Shown: positions 10,970 through 19,438, numbered from the stretch's first letter. The stretch is 56,067 bases of DNA from Bacteroidales bacterium (GCA_022768005.1 JALEMF010000065.1:1-56067); one strand, 5' to 3'. Notes: generated from the letters alone by a model not told the origin. A program made the numbers and translations.

Positions 10970-11063
10970 CGAATAATAATAACAACAAAACATATAATAA
11001 TACTCACCGCCTCTCGTAAAGCGACACAATCCGCTGCACGAGAAGCAAAAGCCTTAAACACTT

Positions 11064-12929
11064 ATGGCAACACGCAAATTAAAAATCAGAGACTTAACTC
11101 TCCGTGACGGTCAGCAATCACTTTTTGCTACCCGTATGAAACAAGCCAACATTGACCGCTTGCTTCCTTTGTATGAAAATGCAGGTTTTTACATTATGGA
11201 AGTATGGGGCGGTGCTGTTCCTGACTCTGTAATGCGCTACTTGAACGAATCCCCATGGGATCGTCTTCGCTCGGCAAGTGCAGCAATGAAGGGTAAATCA
11301 CTTCTTTCAGCACTTTCTCGCGGTCGTAACCTCTTCGGATACGTGCCTTACCCGAACAGCGTGCTTGAAGGCTTTTACAAAGAAGCTATTAAGAACGGAC
11401 TAAACGTAATGCGTATTTTTGATGCGCTTAACGATATTAACAACGTCAAGGAATCAATCAAACTTATCAACGACCTCGGCGGTATTCCTGACGGTGCTGT
11501 TTGCTACACTGTTGACCCTAAGAGTGAACCGGCTGAAAAACCGGGATTCTTCGCTCGTCTTTTCGGTAAAAAGGCTGAAGAACCAAAACTCATCTTCACT
11601 GATGAATACTTTGTAGAAAAAGCAAAGGCTATGGAAGCACTCGGTGCTAAAATTATCACACTTAAGGATATGGCAGGCCTTGTCACTCCACACCGTGCTG
11701 CATCTATCATCAGCAAGCTCAAAGCAGCAGTAAAAGTTCCTGTGGACTTCCACACACACTGTACACCGGGATACGGTCTTGCATCTTCACTTATGGCAGT
11801 GATGAACGGCGTTGACATTCTTGACACAAATATATGGTACTTCGGTGGCGGCTCTGCTGCTCCTGCAATCGAACTTATCTACATCTTTGCACAGAAACTC
11901 GGCATTGAAGTGGAATGTAATATGGAAGCCGTAGGTAAAATCCGTGCCGAACTCAAACAGACACGTAAAGACCTCGCAGCATTTGATCTCAATAAGGATA
12001 ACTTCCCGAAAGACTTTGACCCGCTTACAGACAAATTGCCTGCAGAAGTTGATGCTCTCTTTGACAAAGCAATCGCAGCAGCAAAAGCAGCCGACGAAGA
12101 TACACTCCTTGACGCTTGCCACGCTATTGAAGCATACTTCGGTTTCCCGAAACCTAACGAACTCGTTAAGCACGCAGAAGTACCTGGCGGTATGTACTCA
12201 AATATGGTAGCTCAACTTAAAGCACTTAACTCAAGCGAACTCCTTGAAGATGCGATGAGACTTATCCCTAAGGTTCGTCGCGATGCAGGTCTTGTACCAC
12301 TTGTAACTCCTACAAGCCAAATCGTAGGTGCTCAAGCAGTAAACCTCGCTATTGACCGCAAGAAAGGAAATCCGGACTATACAAATACATCAAACCAATT
12401 CATCTCACTCGTTAAAGGTGAATACGGCGAAACACCTGTTGCTATTGACCCTGCTTTCCGCGAAAAAATCACAGGTTCACCTGTAGAAAAGGCTTACGAC
12501 GTATCTTCTTACCGAAAGCCTGAAAATCCCGTTATAGAAAAACTCGGTGTTAAACTCGCTTCAAATAAAGAAGAAGAACTTCTCCTCGAATTGCTTCCAA
12601 ACGTAGCAAAACCGTTCCTTGAGAAACTTCGTGAAGCGGAATGTGCAGCAAGCAAAGCCACTGAAGGTCCTGCAGAAGCAAAAGCAGAGGAAAAGAAAGA
12701 CGATGCACCAATCACAGGTCCTACACAAAAAGCGCTTATGGGCGGTAAAATCGTTTCTGTTGACGTAAAGCCGGGCGATACTGTTAAGAAAGGACAGTTG
12801 CTCCTCGTTTACGAAGCAATGAAGATGGAAAACGATGTTAACTCCGAAATCGAAGGTAAAGTAAAACGTATCTTCGTAGCACCGGGCGACATCGTTAACA
12901 CTGACCAAGTGATGATTGAATTTGAATAA
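11064..12929 (+). CDS. oxaloacetate decarboxylase alpha / pyruvate carboxylase subunit B-type carboxyltransferase with a C-terminal biotinyl domain
   Basis: 621 aa. N-terminal LRDGQQS HMGL-like carboxyltransferase fold and a C-terminal biotin-attachment motif EAMKMEN. Confidence 0.85.
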   Translation: MATRKLKIRDLTLRDGQQSLFATRMKQANIDRLLPLYENAGFYIMEVWGGAVPDSVMRYLNESPWDRLRSASAAMKGKSLLSALSRGRNLFGYVPYPNSVLEGFYKEAIKNGLNVMRIFDALNDINNVKESIKLINDLGGIPDGAVCYTVDPKSEPAEKPGFFARLFGKKAEEPKLIFTDEYFVEKAKAMEALGAKIITLKDMAGLVTPHRAASIISKLKAAVKVPVDFHTHCTPGYGLASSLMAVMNGVDILDTNIWYFGGGSAAPAIELIYIFAQKLGIEVECNMEAVGKIRAELKQTRKDLAAFDLNKDNFPKDFDPLTDKLPAEVDALFDKAIAAAKAADEDTLLDACHAIEAYFGFPKPNELVKHAEVPGGMYSNMVAQLKALNSSELLEDAMRLIPKVRRDAGLVPLVTPTSQIVGAQAVNLAIDRKKGNPDYTNTSNQFISLVKGEYGETPVAIDPAFREKITGSPVEKAYDVSSYRKPENPVIEKLGVKLASNKEEELLLELLPNVAKPFLEKLREAECAASKATEGPAEAKAEEKKDDAPITGPTQKALMGGKIVSVDVKPGDTVKKGQLLLVYEAMKMENDVNSEIEGKVKRIFVAPGDIVNTDQVMIEFE

Positions 12930-12969
12930 TGTTTTATTTCATAAAATAATTATTTATATTACAAGTGTA

Positions 12970-13002
12970 AAGTGGCATAGCGGAAACCGGTATGCCACTT
13001 TT
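12970..13002 (+). terminator. intrinsic terminator
   Basis: Perfect 10-bp stem aagtggcata/tatgccactt followed by TT, 41 nt after the stop. Confidence 0.7.
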
Positions 13003-13006
13003 AATA

Positions 13007-13015
13007 TATATCACA
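13007..13015. repeat. left target-site duplication TATATCACA of element copy A
   Basis: Identical 9-mer at 13390..13398, directly abutting the other element end. Confidence 0.8.
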
Positions 13016-13389
13016 CACGGCTATTTCATTTAAAGTGGAAGAAATTGATTTGTTTTTATAAATGAAAGCAAGTAAAAGTTATCATCAGGGAGCCTCGGCG
13101 AGGCTCGGCTGTAAGTAACACCGTATAAGCACGTAAGTGCGCCATGCGGTGAAAGAATACCTCAATCTACATTCGCACATCGGGGATGTGCGGTCTGTGG
13201 TAGATGCTTTGTGTTTTGGTTATATTTTCACAGACCGAACCTCCACGAGGTTCGTTATATGTTGACGTTTCTATCTCAGGGTGGCGCACTATGTGCTTAC
13301 CCTGAGTTACTTACAGCCGAAAGCCTCCGACTTTCCTTGATAATGTCTTTTTACTCACTCTATTATATATTTTAAATGAATGAGCCGTG
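13016..13389 (+). mobile_element. foldback MITE-like non-autonomous element, copy A (374 bp)
   Basis: Terminal inverted repeats CACGGCTATTTCATTTAAA and (reverse complement) CACGGCTCATTCATTTAAA. Flanked by a perfect 9-bp direct repeat, with no ORF. The two arms are about 70 percent self-complementary around a central hairpin at 13191..13237. Confidence 0.75.
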
Positions 13390-13398
13390 TATATCACA
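13390..13398. repeat. right target-site duplication TATATCACA of element copy A
   Basis: Identical to 13007..13015. Confidence 0.8.
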
Positions 13399-13441
13399 AA
13401 AACAATATCAATTTTTGTTTGTATATTACGATATAAATTGA

Positions 13442-13449
13442 TAGTTTTG
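13442..13449 (+). promoter_or_regulatory. -7 box TAGTTTTG
   Basis: Lies 59 nt upstream of the ATG at 13508. Confidence 0.5.
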
Positions 13450-13507
13450 CAGTCAGATTCTATACCACAAATTTTATTAACATTTTAAACAAAAATTTAT
13501 CAAAGAC

Positions 13508-13897
13508 ATGAAAAAGTCAATTTTCTACAGCCTATTTGTATTTGCAATGGCTGTTATCGCAGTCGGTTTCGCATCATGCAGCGATGATGACGATCCTTAT
13601 TTCTACACATTCCAACTCGCATCAGAGAACTTAACCGGAGGTAGCGAAGATGCTATGGACTTGGACATTTCGCTCGTTGAAAACGCTGTAACTCAAGAAT
13701 TCAACGGCAAAGTAGTAGCAATTAAAGGTAGCAAAGACGCTTGCGACAAGGAAGCAATTTCACGCTTCAACAAAGCATGTGAATCAGTTACACTCAAAGG
13801 TGGCTGGAAAGGTGATTTCACTTATACACTTTTCATCACCGGTGACAAAGGCATGACTCAACAGATTGCCAACAAGAAATTCACGATGAGTGAATAA
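13508..13897 (+). CDS. small surface-type lipoprotein, paralogue 1 of 4
   Basis: 129 aa. Lipobox VGFASC followed by SDDDD, and a shared motif RFNKACESVTLKGGWKG. Confidence 0.7.
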   Translation: MKKSIFYSLFVFAMAVIAVGFASCSDDDDPYFYTFQLASENLTGGSEDAMDLDISLVENAVTQEFNGKVVAIKGSKDACDKEAISRFNKACESVTLKGGWKGDFTYTLFITGDKGMTQQIANKKFTMSE

Positions 13898-13928
13898 TAA
13901 AAATAAGCCACTCCTATAGCTAATAATC

Positions 13929-14332
13929 ATGAAGACAAAATTGTATTACACATTTCTTGCACTTTGCATCGCTATCTGCACGATTGGTTTCTCTCATGTA
14001 GCAAGAACGACGACAAATATGCAAACATCTACAATTACGGATTTTCAAAAAACGGATTCGTAGGAGGTGATGAAGACGCATACTCGGCAGACGTAGAACT
14101 CGTATATCAAACAGTCTATAAAGAATTCAAAGATGATATGGTGGTACTCTACGGTGATCAAGACAAATGTGACCAAGAGGCAATCACACGCTTTAACAAA
14201 GCATGCGACAGAGTACAACTCAAAGGAGGCTGGTACGGAAAATTTAATTATTCTCTTTACAAGACCATTGACGATGAGACAAAGCGACCAACCGTTATTA
14301 TAGCAGACAGAGTATTTGAAGTTGCCGAATAA
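13929..14332 (+). pseudogene. small lipoprotein paralogue 2, frameshifted between the signal peptide and the lipobox
   Basis: ATG 13929 encodes MKTKLYYTFLALCIAICTIGF, which resembles the paralogue 3 signal peptide, then stops at 14061. The mature part (SCSKNDD...RFNKACDRVQLKGGWYG) is in another frame (ORF 13964..14332). The frames switch inside tctctc at 13990..13995. Confidence 0.6.
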
Positions 14333-14358
14333 TAACCAAATAAAATTCGAAAAATAAA

Positions 14359-14760
14359 ATGAGAACAAAACTGTATTACGTATTTCTTGCGCTTTGTGTA
14401 TCACTTTGCGCACTCGGCATTACATCTTGTGATAATAATGATGGTCCGGGCGCAAATGTATATACCATCGGCTTAACAGGCTCAAGCAGTCACGGCAACT
14501 ATCTTGCTTTCAAAGCAGACGTCCAAACTATTGAATCAGCAGTAGTTGCTGAATTCGGCGGATTGTCATTTGAAATCCAAGGCAAAAGCGACAGCGCGGA
14601 TAAAGAAGTTAAAAATCGCTTTGAAAAAGCAATGCAAAACGTAACCCTTAAAGGTGGCTGGAAAGGCTATGTTATTTATGATGTAACTAAATACACCACA
14701 TCAGGATCAGGTTCAAAGGATATAGCAAGCAAAAAAATCGTATCACCTGACGGTGAATAA
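14359..14760 (+). CDS. small lipoprotein, paralogue 3 of 4
   Basis: 133 aa. Lipobox LGITSC and motif RFEKAMQNVTLKGGWKG. Confidence 0.7.
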   Translation: MRTKLYYVFLALCVSLCALGITSCDNNDGPGANVYTIGLTGSSSHGNYLAFKADVQTIESAVVAEFGGLSFEIQGKSDSADKEVKNRFEKAMQNVTLKGGWKGYVIYDVTKYTTSGSGSKDIASKKIVSPDGE

Positions 14761-14779
14761 AATCTTAAAGTATAAATAA

Positions 14780-14827
14780 AGAGTCTACCCTTACACATTA
14801 TGGGCAGACTCTTTTTTATATTACAAA
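14780..14827 (+). terminator. intrinsic terminator
   Basis: agagtctaccc...gggcagactct hairpin followed by T6. Confidence 0.7.
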
Positions 14828-14926
14828 TCAAAACATAAATATGCAAAAAAGAGAGAAAAGAACATAAAAAAACGCACAGAGTAACATTTTTACGCAAAAA
14901 GTGTGCGATAATTAAAAAATATGTTA

Positions 14927-14934
14927 TATCTTTG
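14927..14934 (+). promoter_or_regulatory. -7 box TATCTTTG
   Basis: Lies 43 nt upstream of the ATG at 14977. Confidence 0.55.
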
Positions 14935-14976
14935 CACCAATTCTTTAATATTTCAACATTCAAAAAAATTTAAGCA

Positions 14977-15462
14977 ATGAAAAAATCAGTATTTTACAGC
15001 CTATTTACAGTGTTCTGCTTTGCACTTTGCGCAGTAGGCTTTACTTCATGCGATGATGACGATGATGTGAACAGCTACTACAAATTAGACGTACTTCACT
15101 CAAACATAATTTTGCCTGACGATGCAGAAGCAGCAGAAGCAGCACAAAAATCATTTGATGCAGATATGAAAGTGGTTAAAGAAGCACTCTGCAACGAATT
15201 CGGCATTAAGGAAGTTGAAAAATTCAACTCAGAGAAAATCAAAGACGTAGCAGACAGCAGAGATAAGAGTGATGCTGCAATAATTGCAAGATTTGATGCT
15301 GCAGTAGCAAGCCTTCCACTTGAAAACAAATGGAACGGTGAAGTAGTTTACGTACTTTGCTACTACGATAAAATCGGTACTAAAATCGACATCCACGAAT
15401 TCACTATCTCAAATCCTCTTCCTAACGAAGGTGGTGAAGGTGAAAGCGGCGCTACAGAATAA
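14977..15462 (+). CDS. small surface-type lipoprotein, divergent paralogue 4 of 4
   Basis: 161 aa. Lipobox VGFTSC followed by DDDDD. The signal peptide is nearly identical to paralogue 1 (MKKS.FYSLF). There is weak similarity in ..ARFDAAVASLPLENKWNG... Confidence 0.65.
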   Translation: MKKSVFYSLFTVFCFALCAVGFTSCDDDDDVNSYYKLDVLHSNIILPDDAEAAEAAQKSFDADMKVVKEALCNEFGIKEVEKFNSEKIKDVADSRDKSDAAIIARFDAAVASLPLENKWNGEVVYVLCYYDKIGTKIDIHEFTISNPLPNEGGEGESGATE

Positions 15463-15492
15463 CAGATAACATTCTAAAGATACTATACAATG

Positions 15493-15526
15493 AAGTCATC
15501 GGCAATCCCGGTGACTTTATTTTTTC
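15493..15526 (+). terminator. intrinsic terminator
   Basis: aagtcatcgg-caatc-ccggtgactt hairpin followed by a T-run. Confidence 0.7.
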
Positions 15527-15588
15527 TATTTTTGATGCGAATATTATTAAAAAGAGTGATTAATTTTTGCTATTGCATTCATTTTCAT

Positions 15589-15596
15589 TAATTTTG
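15589..15596 (+). promoter_or_regulatory. -7 box TAATTTTG
   Basis: Lies 19 nt upstream of the ATG at 15615. Confidence 0.5.
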
Positions 15597-15614
15597 CAAA
15601 AAAATTGAAATACA

Positions 15615-16064
15615 ATGAACTTATTTGACAAAATTTCAGCAGACATAATGACTGCTATGAAGGCGAGAGACCGTGTACGCACTGAAGCATTACGCGGTGT
15701 CAAAAAAGAATTTATTGAAGCAAAAACCGCTGAAGGCGCACATGGAGAGCTAAGCGATGACAATGCGATGAAAATCCTTATCAAGATGGTAAAACAGCGT
15801 AAAGAAAGCGCTAAAATCTATCAAGAAAACAATCGTCCGGAACTTGCGGAAAGTGAACTTGCAGAGGCTGCCATCATTGAAGAATATCTCCCTAAGCAAC
15901 TTACAGAAGAAGAACTTACTGCCGAACTTAAAAAAATCATAGAGCAAGTAGGCGCTACTTCCGCCAAGGAAATGGGAAAAGTGATGGGTGTAGCATCAAA
16001 AACACTTGCAGGTCGTGCTGACGGACGTGCAATTTCAGCAAAAGTGAAAGAACTTCTCGCTTAA
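15615..16064 (+). CDS. GatB/YqeY-domain protein
   Basis: 149 aa. Typical YqeY pattern (MKA.D..R...LR..K......A......L.D......I.K..KQR.ES...Y). Confidence 0.85.
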   Translation: MNLFDKISADIMTAMKARDRVRTEALRGVKKEFIEAKTAEGAHGELSDDNAMKILIKMVKQRKESAKIYQENNRPELAESELAEAAIIEEYLPKQLTEEELTAELKKIIEQVGATSAKEMGKVMGVASKTLAGRADGRAISAKVKELLA

Positions 16065-16103
16065 GCCCATTCCATAACAACGAAATAAATATTATTACAT
16101 AAT

Positions 16104-17375
16104 ATGCTTACACTGCAACAAATCAAAGAAGACCCGGAGTTTATCATCAAGCGTCTTGCGGTCAAAGGTTTTGACGGCAAACAACCTATAAACGAAATTC
16201 TCGAACTTGACAACAATCGCCGTCAACTCCAACTTAATAACGATAACCTCGCTGCTCAGCAAAATAAGGCTGCCGCTACCATCGGCGGACTTATGAAACA
16301 AGGCAAAAAAGAAGAAGCCGAAGCAGCTAAGGCTGAAGTTGCCAAAATCAAAGAAAAACAAAAAGAAATTTCCGAAAAGCTTACACAAGTAGAGGCACGC
16401 ATTAAAGAAATTCTGCTTTCAGTACCTAATATTCCTTGCGCAATGGTACCCGAAGGCAAGACTGCCGCAGATAACGTAGTAGAAAAGACAGGTGGTCCTG
16501 ACCCGCATCTTCCTGAAGATGCACTTCCACACTGGGAGCTTTGCAAGAAATACAACATCATAGATTTTGATCTCGGTGTTAAAATCACAGGTGCAGGTTT
16601 CCCGGTATATATCGGCAAAGGTGCAAGAATGCAAAGAGCGCTTATACAGTTCTTCCTTGACCAAGCAGGTGAAGCAGGCTACCTTGAAGTACAACCGCCT
16701 TACGTAGTAAACGAAGCATCAGGCTACGGTACAGGTCAACTTCCGGATAAAGAAGGACAAATGTATTATGCACCGCTTGACGGACTTTACTTGATTCCGA
16801 CAGCAGAAGTACCGGTAACAAACATCTACCGCGACGTAATCTTAAGCCAAGACCAATTACCTGTCAAGAACTGTGCATACTCAGCATGTTTCCGTCGTGA
16901 AGCAGGAAGTTATGGTAAAGACGTACGCGGACTTAACCGTTTGCACCAGTTTGACAAAGTGGAAATAGTACGTATTGAAAAGCCTGAAAATTCATACGCA
17001 GCACTTGAAGAAATGAAAGACCATGTACAAGGCTTGCTTGAAAAACTCGGTTTGCCATGGCATATTCTTCGTCTTTGCGGCGGTGATATGAGTTTCACAT
17101 CAGCAATAACTTTTGACTTCGAAGTTTTCTCAGCAGCACAAAAACGCTGGCTTGAAGTATCTTCAGTATCAAACTTTGAAACGTATCAGGCAAACCGTCT
17201 TAAATGTCGTTACCGCGGTGATGACAAAAAGACACACCTCTGCCACACCCTTAACGGCAGCGCACTTGCATTGCCGCGTATTATGGCAGCAATCATTGAG
17301 AACTATCAGACTCCGCAAGGCATCGTAGTTCCTGAATGTCTCCGCAAGTACACTCACTTTGATATTATCGATTAA
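16104..17375 (+). CDS. serS: serine--tRNA ligase
   Basis: 423 aa. N-terminal coiled-coil arm and a class II core (FRREAGS.GKD.RGL.R.HQF.KVE). Confidence 0.95.
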   Translation: MLTLQQIKEDPEFIIKRLAVKGFDGKQPINEILELDNNRRQLQLNNDNLAAQQNKAAATIGGLMKQGKKEEAEAAKAEVAKIKEKQKEISEKLTQVEARIKEILLSVPNIPCAMVPEGKTAADNVVEKTGGPDPHLPEDALPHWELCKKYNIIDFDLGVKITGAGFPVYIGKGARMQRALIQFFLDQAGEAGYLEVQPPYVVNEASGYGTGQLPDKEGQMYYAPLDGLYLIPTAEVPVTNIYRDVILSQDQLPVKNCAYSACFRREAGSYGKDVRGLNRLHQFDKVEIVRIEKPENSYAALEEMKDHVQGLLEKLGLPWHILRLCGGDMSFTSAITFDFEVFSAAQKRWLEVSSVSNFETYQANRLKCRYRGDDKKTHLCHTLNGSALALPRIMAAIIENYQTPQGIVVPECLRKYTHFDIID

Positions 17376-17399
17376 TATATAGTTAAATCATTCACACTT

Positions 17400-17437
17400 C
17401 AAGCGGGTTTCATAAAAAGAAAATCCGCTTGTTTTTT
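17400..17437 (+). terminator. intrinsic terminator
   Basis: aagcgggttt...aaatccgctt hairpin followed by gTTTTTT. Confidence 0.7.
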
Positions 17438-17456
17438 ATATATAGAGAAATTTGCT

Positions 17457-17464
17457 TAATTTTG
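17457..17464 (+). promoter_or_regulatory. -7 box TAATTTTG
   Basis: Lies 32 nt upstream of the GTG start at 17496. Confidence 0.5.
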
Positions 17465-17495
17465 CACATAAATCCAAGAAACAAAAATCCGAATC

Positions 17496-18125
17496 GTGAA
17501 AAAATTAATACAATTTCTCAAGAAGCACCCTATATTAGCAAACATAATATACATATTCATAGCCGGTTGGCTCATAATCCTTGCCGCGCTGTTTTTTCTT
17601 GATTTCTGGACACATCATGGTGAAGAAGCCACTGTGCCTAAAGTCACGGGAATGTCCTACAACGAAGCCACATCACTTCTCCGCTCAGCAGGTCTTGTAG
17701 TGGAAATATCTGATTCCATCTACGATAACAAGCGTCCTGCCGGCACAGTTGTGGAACAAACTCCCCACCCTTACGTACAAGTAAAGCCGGGACGCACCAT
17801 TTACCTCACCATAGTGTCATTCACTGCAAAAATGGTGACAGTACCTCATTATCTTAACGTGTCATCACGCCAAGCACAGACGACCTTTGAAGGTCTCGGC
17901 ATTAAAAACATCAAGATAGTAGAAGTGGAGTCTGAATACAAAGACCTCGTAATAGGCGCAAAATTCAATGGTATTCCGCTCAAAGAAGGCTGCAAAATTC
18001 CTGTCACTGCATCTATCACCCTTGAAGTGGGCAAAGGCTACGAAGCACAAGCGGACACTGCAACCATATCCGACGAAGAAAGAGTTGAAGAAATGTTTGA
18101 TAAAGCAGTTTTTCTCGGTGAATAA
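17496..18125 (+). CDS. PASTA-domain membrane protein
   Basis: 209 aa with a GTG start. An N-terminal TM is followed by PASTA-like repeats (VPKVTGMSYNEATSLLRSAGL.., VPHYLNVSSRQAQTTFEGLGI..). Confidence 0.7.
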   Translation: MKKLIQFLKKHPILANIIYIFIAGWLIILAALFFLDFWTHHGEEATVPKVTGMSYNEATSLLRSAGLVVEISDSIYDNKRPAGTVVEQTPHPYVQVKPGRTIYLTIVSFTAKMVTVPHYLNVSSRQAQTTFEGLGIKNIKIVEVESEYKDLVIGAKFNGIPLKEGCKIPVTASITLEVGKGYEAQADTATISDEERVEEMFDKAVFLGE

Positions 18126-18127
18126 TT

Positions 18128-19198
18128 ATGGCAGAAGACATTTTGGAAATAGAACAGGAAGAACTGTCTGATGACATACAAGGAGTTGAATCCACAGACG
18201 GAGGTGAGCTTTACGAACATTTCCGCTTTGTAGTAGATAAAGGACAGACCTTGCTAAGAGTGGATAAATACCTCGTGGCTCACATGCAAGGCTCATCACG
18301 AAACAGAATTCAGCAGGCAGCAGACGCCGGCTGCATTCTCGCTAACGGTAAACCGGTAAAGAGCAATTACCGTGTAAAGCCTTATGACGTGATATCAATA
18401 GTGATGGACCGCCCGCGCTACGAATGCGAGATAATACAAGAAGACATTCCGCTGAATATAGTATATGAAGACGATGCAGTGCTCGTAGTGAACAAGCCTG
18501 CAGGACTTGTAGTACACCCCGGACACGGAAACTACCATGGGACGCTCGTCAATGCTCTTGCATATTACTTCAGAAATAATCCGAACTACGATGTAAGCGA
18601 CCCGAGATTGGGACTCGTGCATCGTATTGACAAAGATACTTCCGGACTGCTCGTAGTGGCTAAAACGCCGGAAGCAAAAACACACTTAGGTAAACAGTTT
18701 TTCAACAAGACAACTCGTCGCGAATATGTAGCCGTAGTGTGGGGAGTACCGAACCCGGAAAAGGGAAGAATTGAAGGGAATATAGGTCGCTCACTTCGTG
18801 ACAGACTCCAGATGGACGTATTTCCGCCGGACAGTGAATACGGCAAACATGCAGTGACACACTACGAAGTCATAGAATCATTCGGCTACGTGTCTGCCGT
18901 GAAATGCGTATTGGAAACAGGCAGAACGCACCAAATCCGCGTACACATGAAGCACATCGGACACCCACTGTTCAATGATGCAAGATACGGAGGCGACAAA
19001 ATACTCCGAGGCACAACGTCTGCCAAGTACCAACAATTCGTAAGAAACTGTTTTGAAATATGCCCCAGACAAGCGCTACACGCTCGTACACTCGGATTTG
19101 TACACCCTGTCACCGGCAAAGAACTCTTCTTTGAGTCCGAAATACCGGCAGATATGGTAGCGCTTATGGAAAAGTGGCGCAAACTTGATATTCAATAG
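18128..19198 (+). CDS. rluD: RluA-family 23S rRNA pseudouridine synthase (RluD-like)
   Basis: 356 aa. S4-like N-domain and catalytic motif HRIDKDTSGLLV. Confidence 0.9.
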   Translation: MAEDILEIEQEELSDDIQGVESTDGGELYEHFRFVVDKGQTLLRVDKYLVAHMQGSSRNRIQQAADAGCILANGKPVKSNYRVKPYDVISIVMDRPRYECEIIQEDIPLNIVYEDDAVLVVNKPAGLVVHPGHGNYHGTLVNALAYYFRNNPNYDVSDPRLGLVHRIDKDTSGLLVVAKTPEAKTHLGKQFFNKTTRREYVAVVWGVPNPEKGRIEGNIGRSLRDRLQMDVFPPDSEYGKHAVTHYEVIESFGYVSAVKCVLETGRTHQIRVHMKHIGHPLFNDARYGGDKILRGTTSAKYQQFVRNCFEICPRQALHARTLGFVHPVTGKELFFESEIPADMVALMEKWRKLDIQ

Positions 19199-19221
19199 AA
19201 TACTAAACATACATAAAATAC

Positions 19222-19247
19222 AAAAGGCATTCTCACGAATGCCTTTT
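19222..19247. terminator. bidirectional hairpin shared by rluD (+) and the tRNA-Arg pair (-)
   Basis: aaaaggcattc-tcac-gaatgcctttt. Confidence 0.65.
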
Positions 19248-19251
19248 GTAG

Positions 19252-19325
19252 TGACTCGTACAGGATTCAAACCTGTAACCTTCTGATCCGTAGTCAGATG
19301 CTCTATTCAGTTGAGCTAACGAGCC
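19252..19325 (-). tRNA. tRNA-Arg (anticodon ACG)
   Basis: The reverse complement folds as a cloverleaf: acceptor GGCTCGT/ACGAGTC, anticodon stem TCTGA/TCAGA with loop CTACGGA, T-arm ACAGG-TTTGAAT-CCTGT. Length 74 nt. Confidence 0.93.
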
Positions 19326-19364
19326 CTATGAACAAAAATGTATGCACAAACAATTTTCCTTTTG

Positions 19365-19438
19365 TGACTCGTACAGGATTCAAACCTGTAACCTTCTGAT
19401 CCGTAGTCAGATGCTCTATTCAGTTGAGCTAACGAGCC
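19365..19438 (-). tRNA. tRNA-Arg (anticodon ACG), identical tandem copy
   Basis: Same 74-nt sequence as 19252..19325, with a 39-nt spacer. Confidence 0.93.

Noticed and set aside
13016-13389. The structured 374-nt block might be a known RNA gene such as RNase P RNA, tmRNA, 6S, a riboswitch or a group II intron domain.
   Set aside because: None of the universally conserved motifs I know for these RNAs is present: no RNase P P4 or GGAAAGTCC-type core, no tmRNA tRNA-like ends or tag ORF, and no riboswitch context. The dyad symmetry plus TIR and TSD fit a transposon derivative better. I cannot exclude an Rfam family I do not recall.
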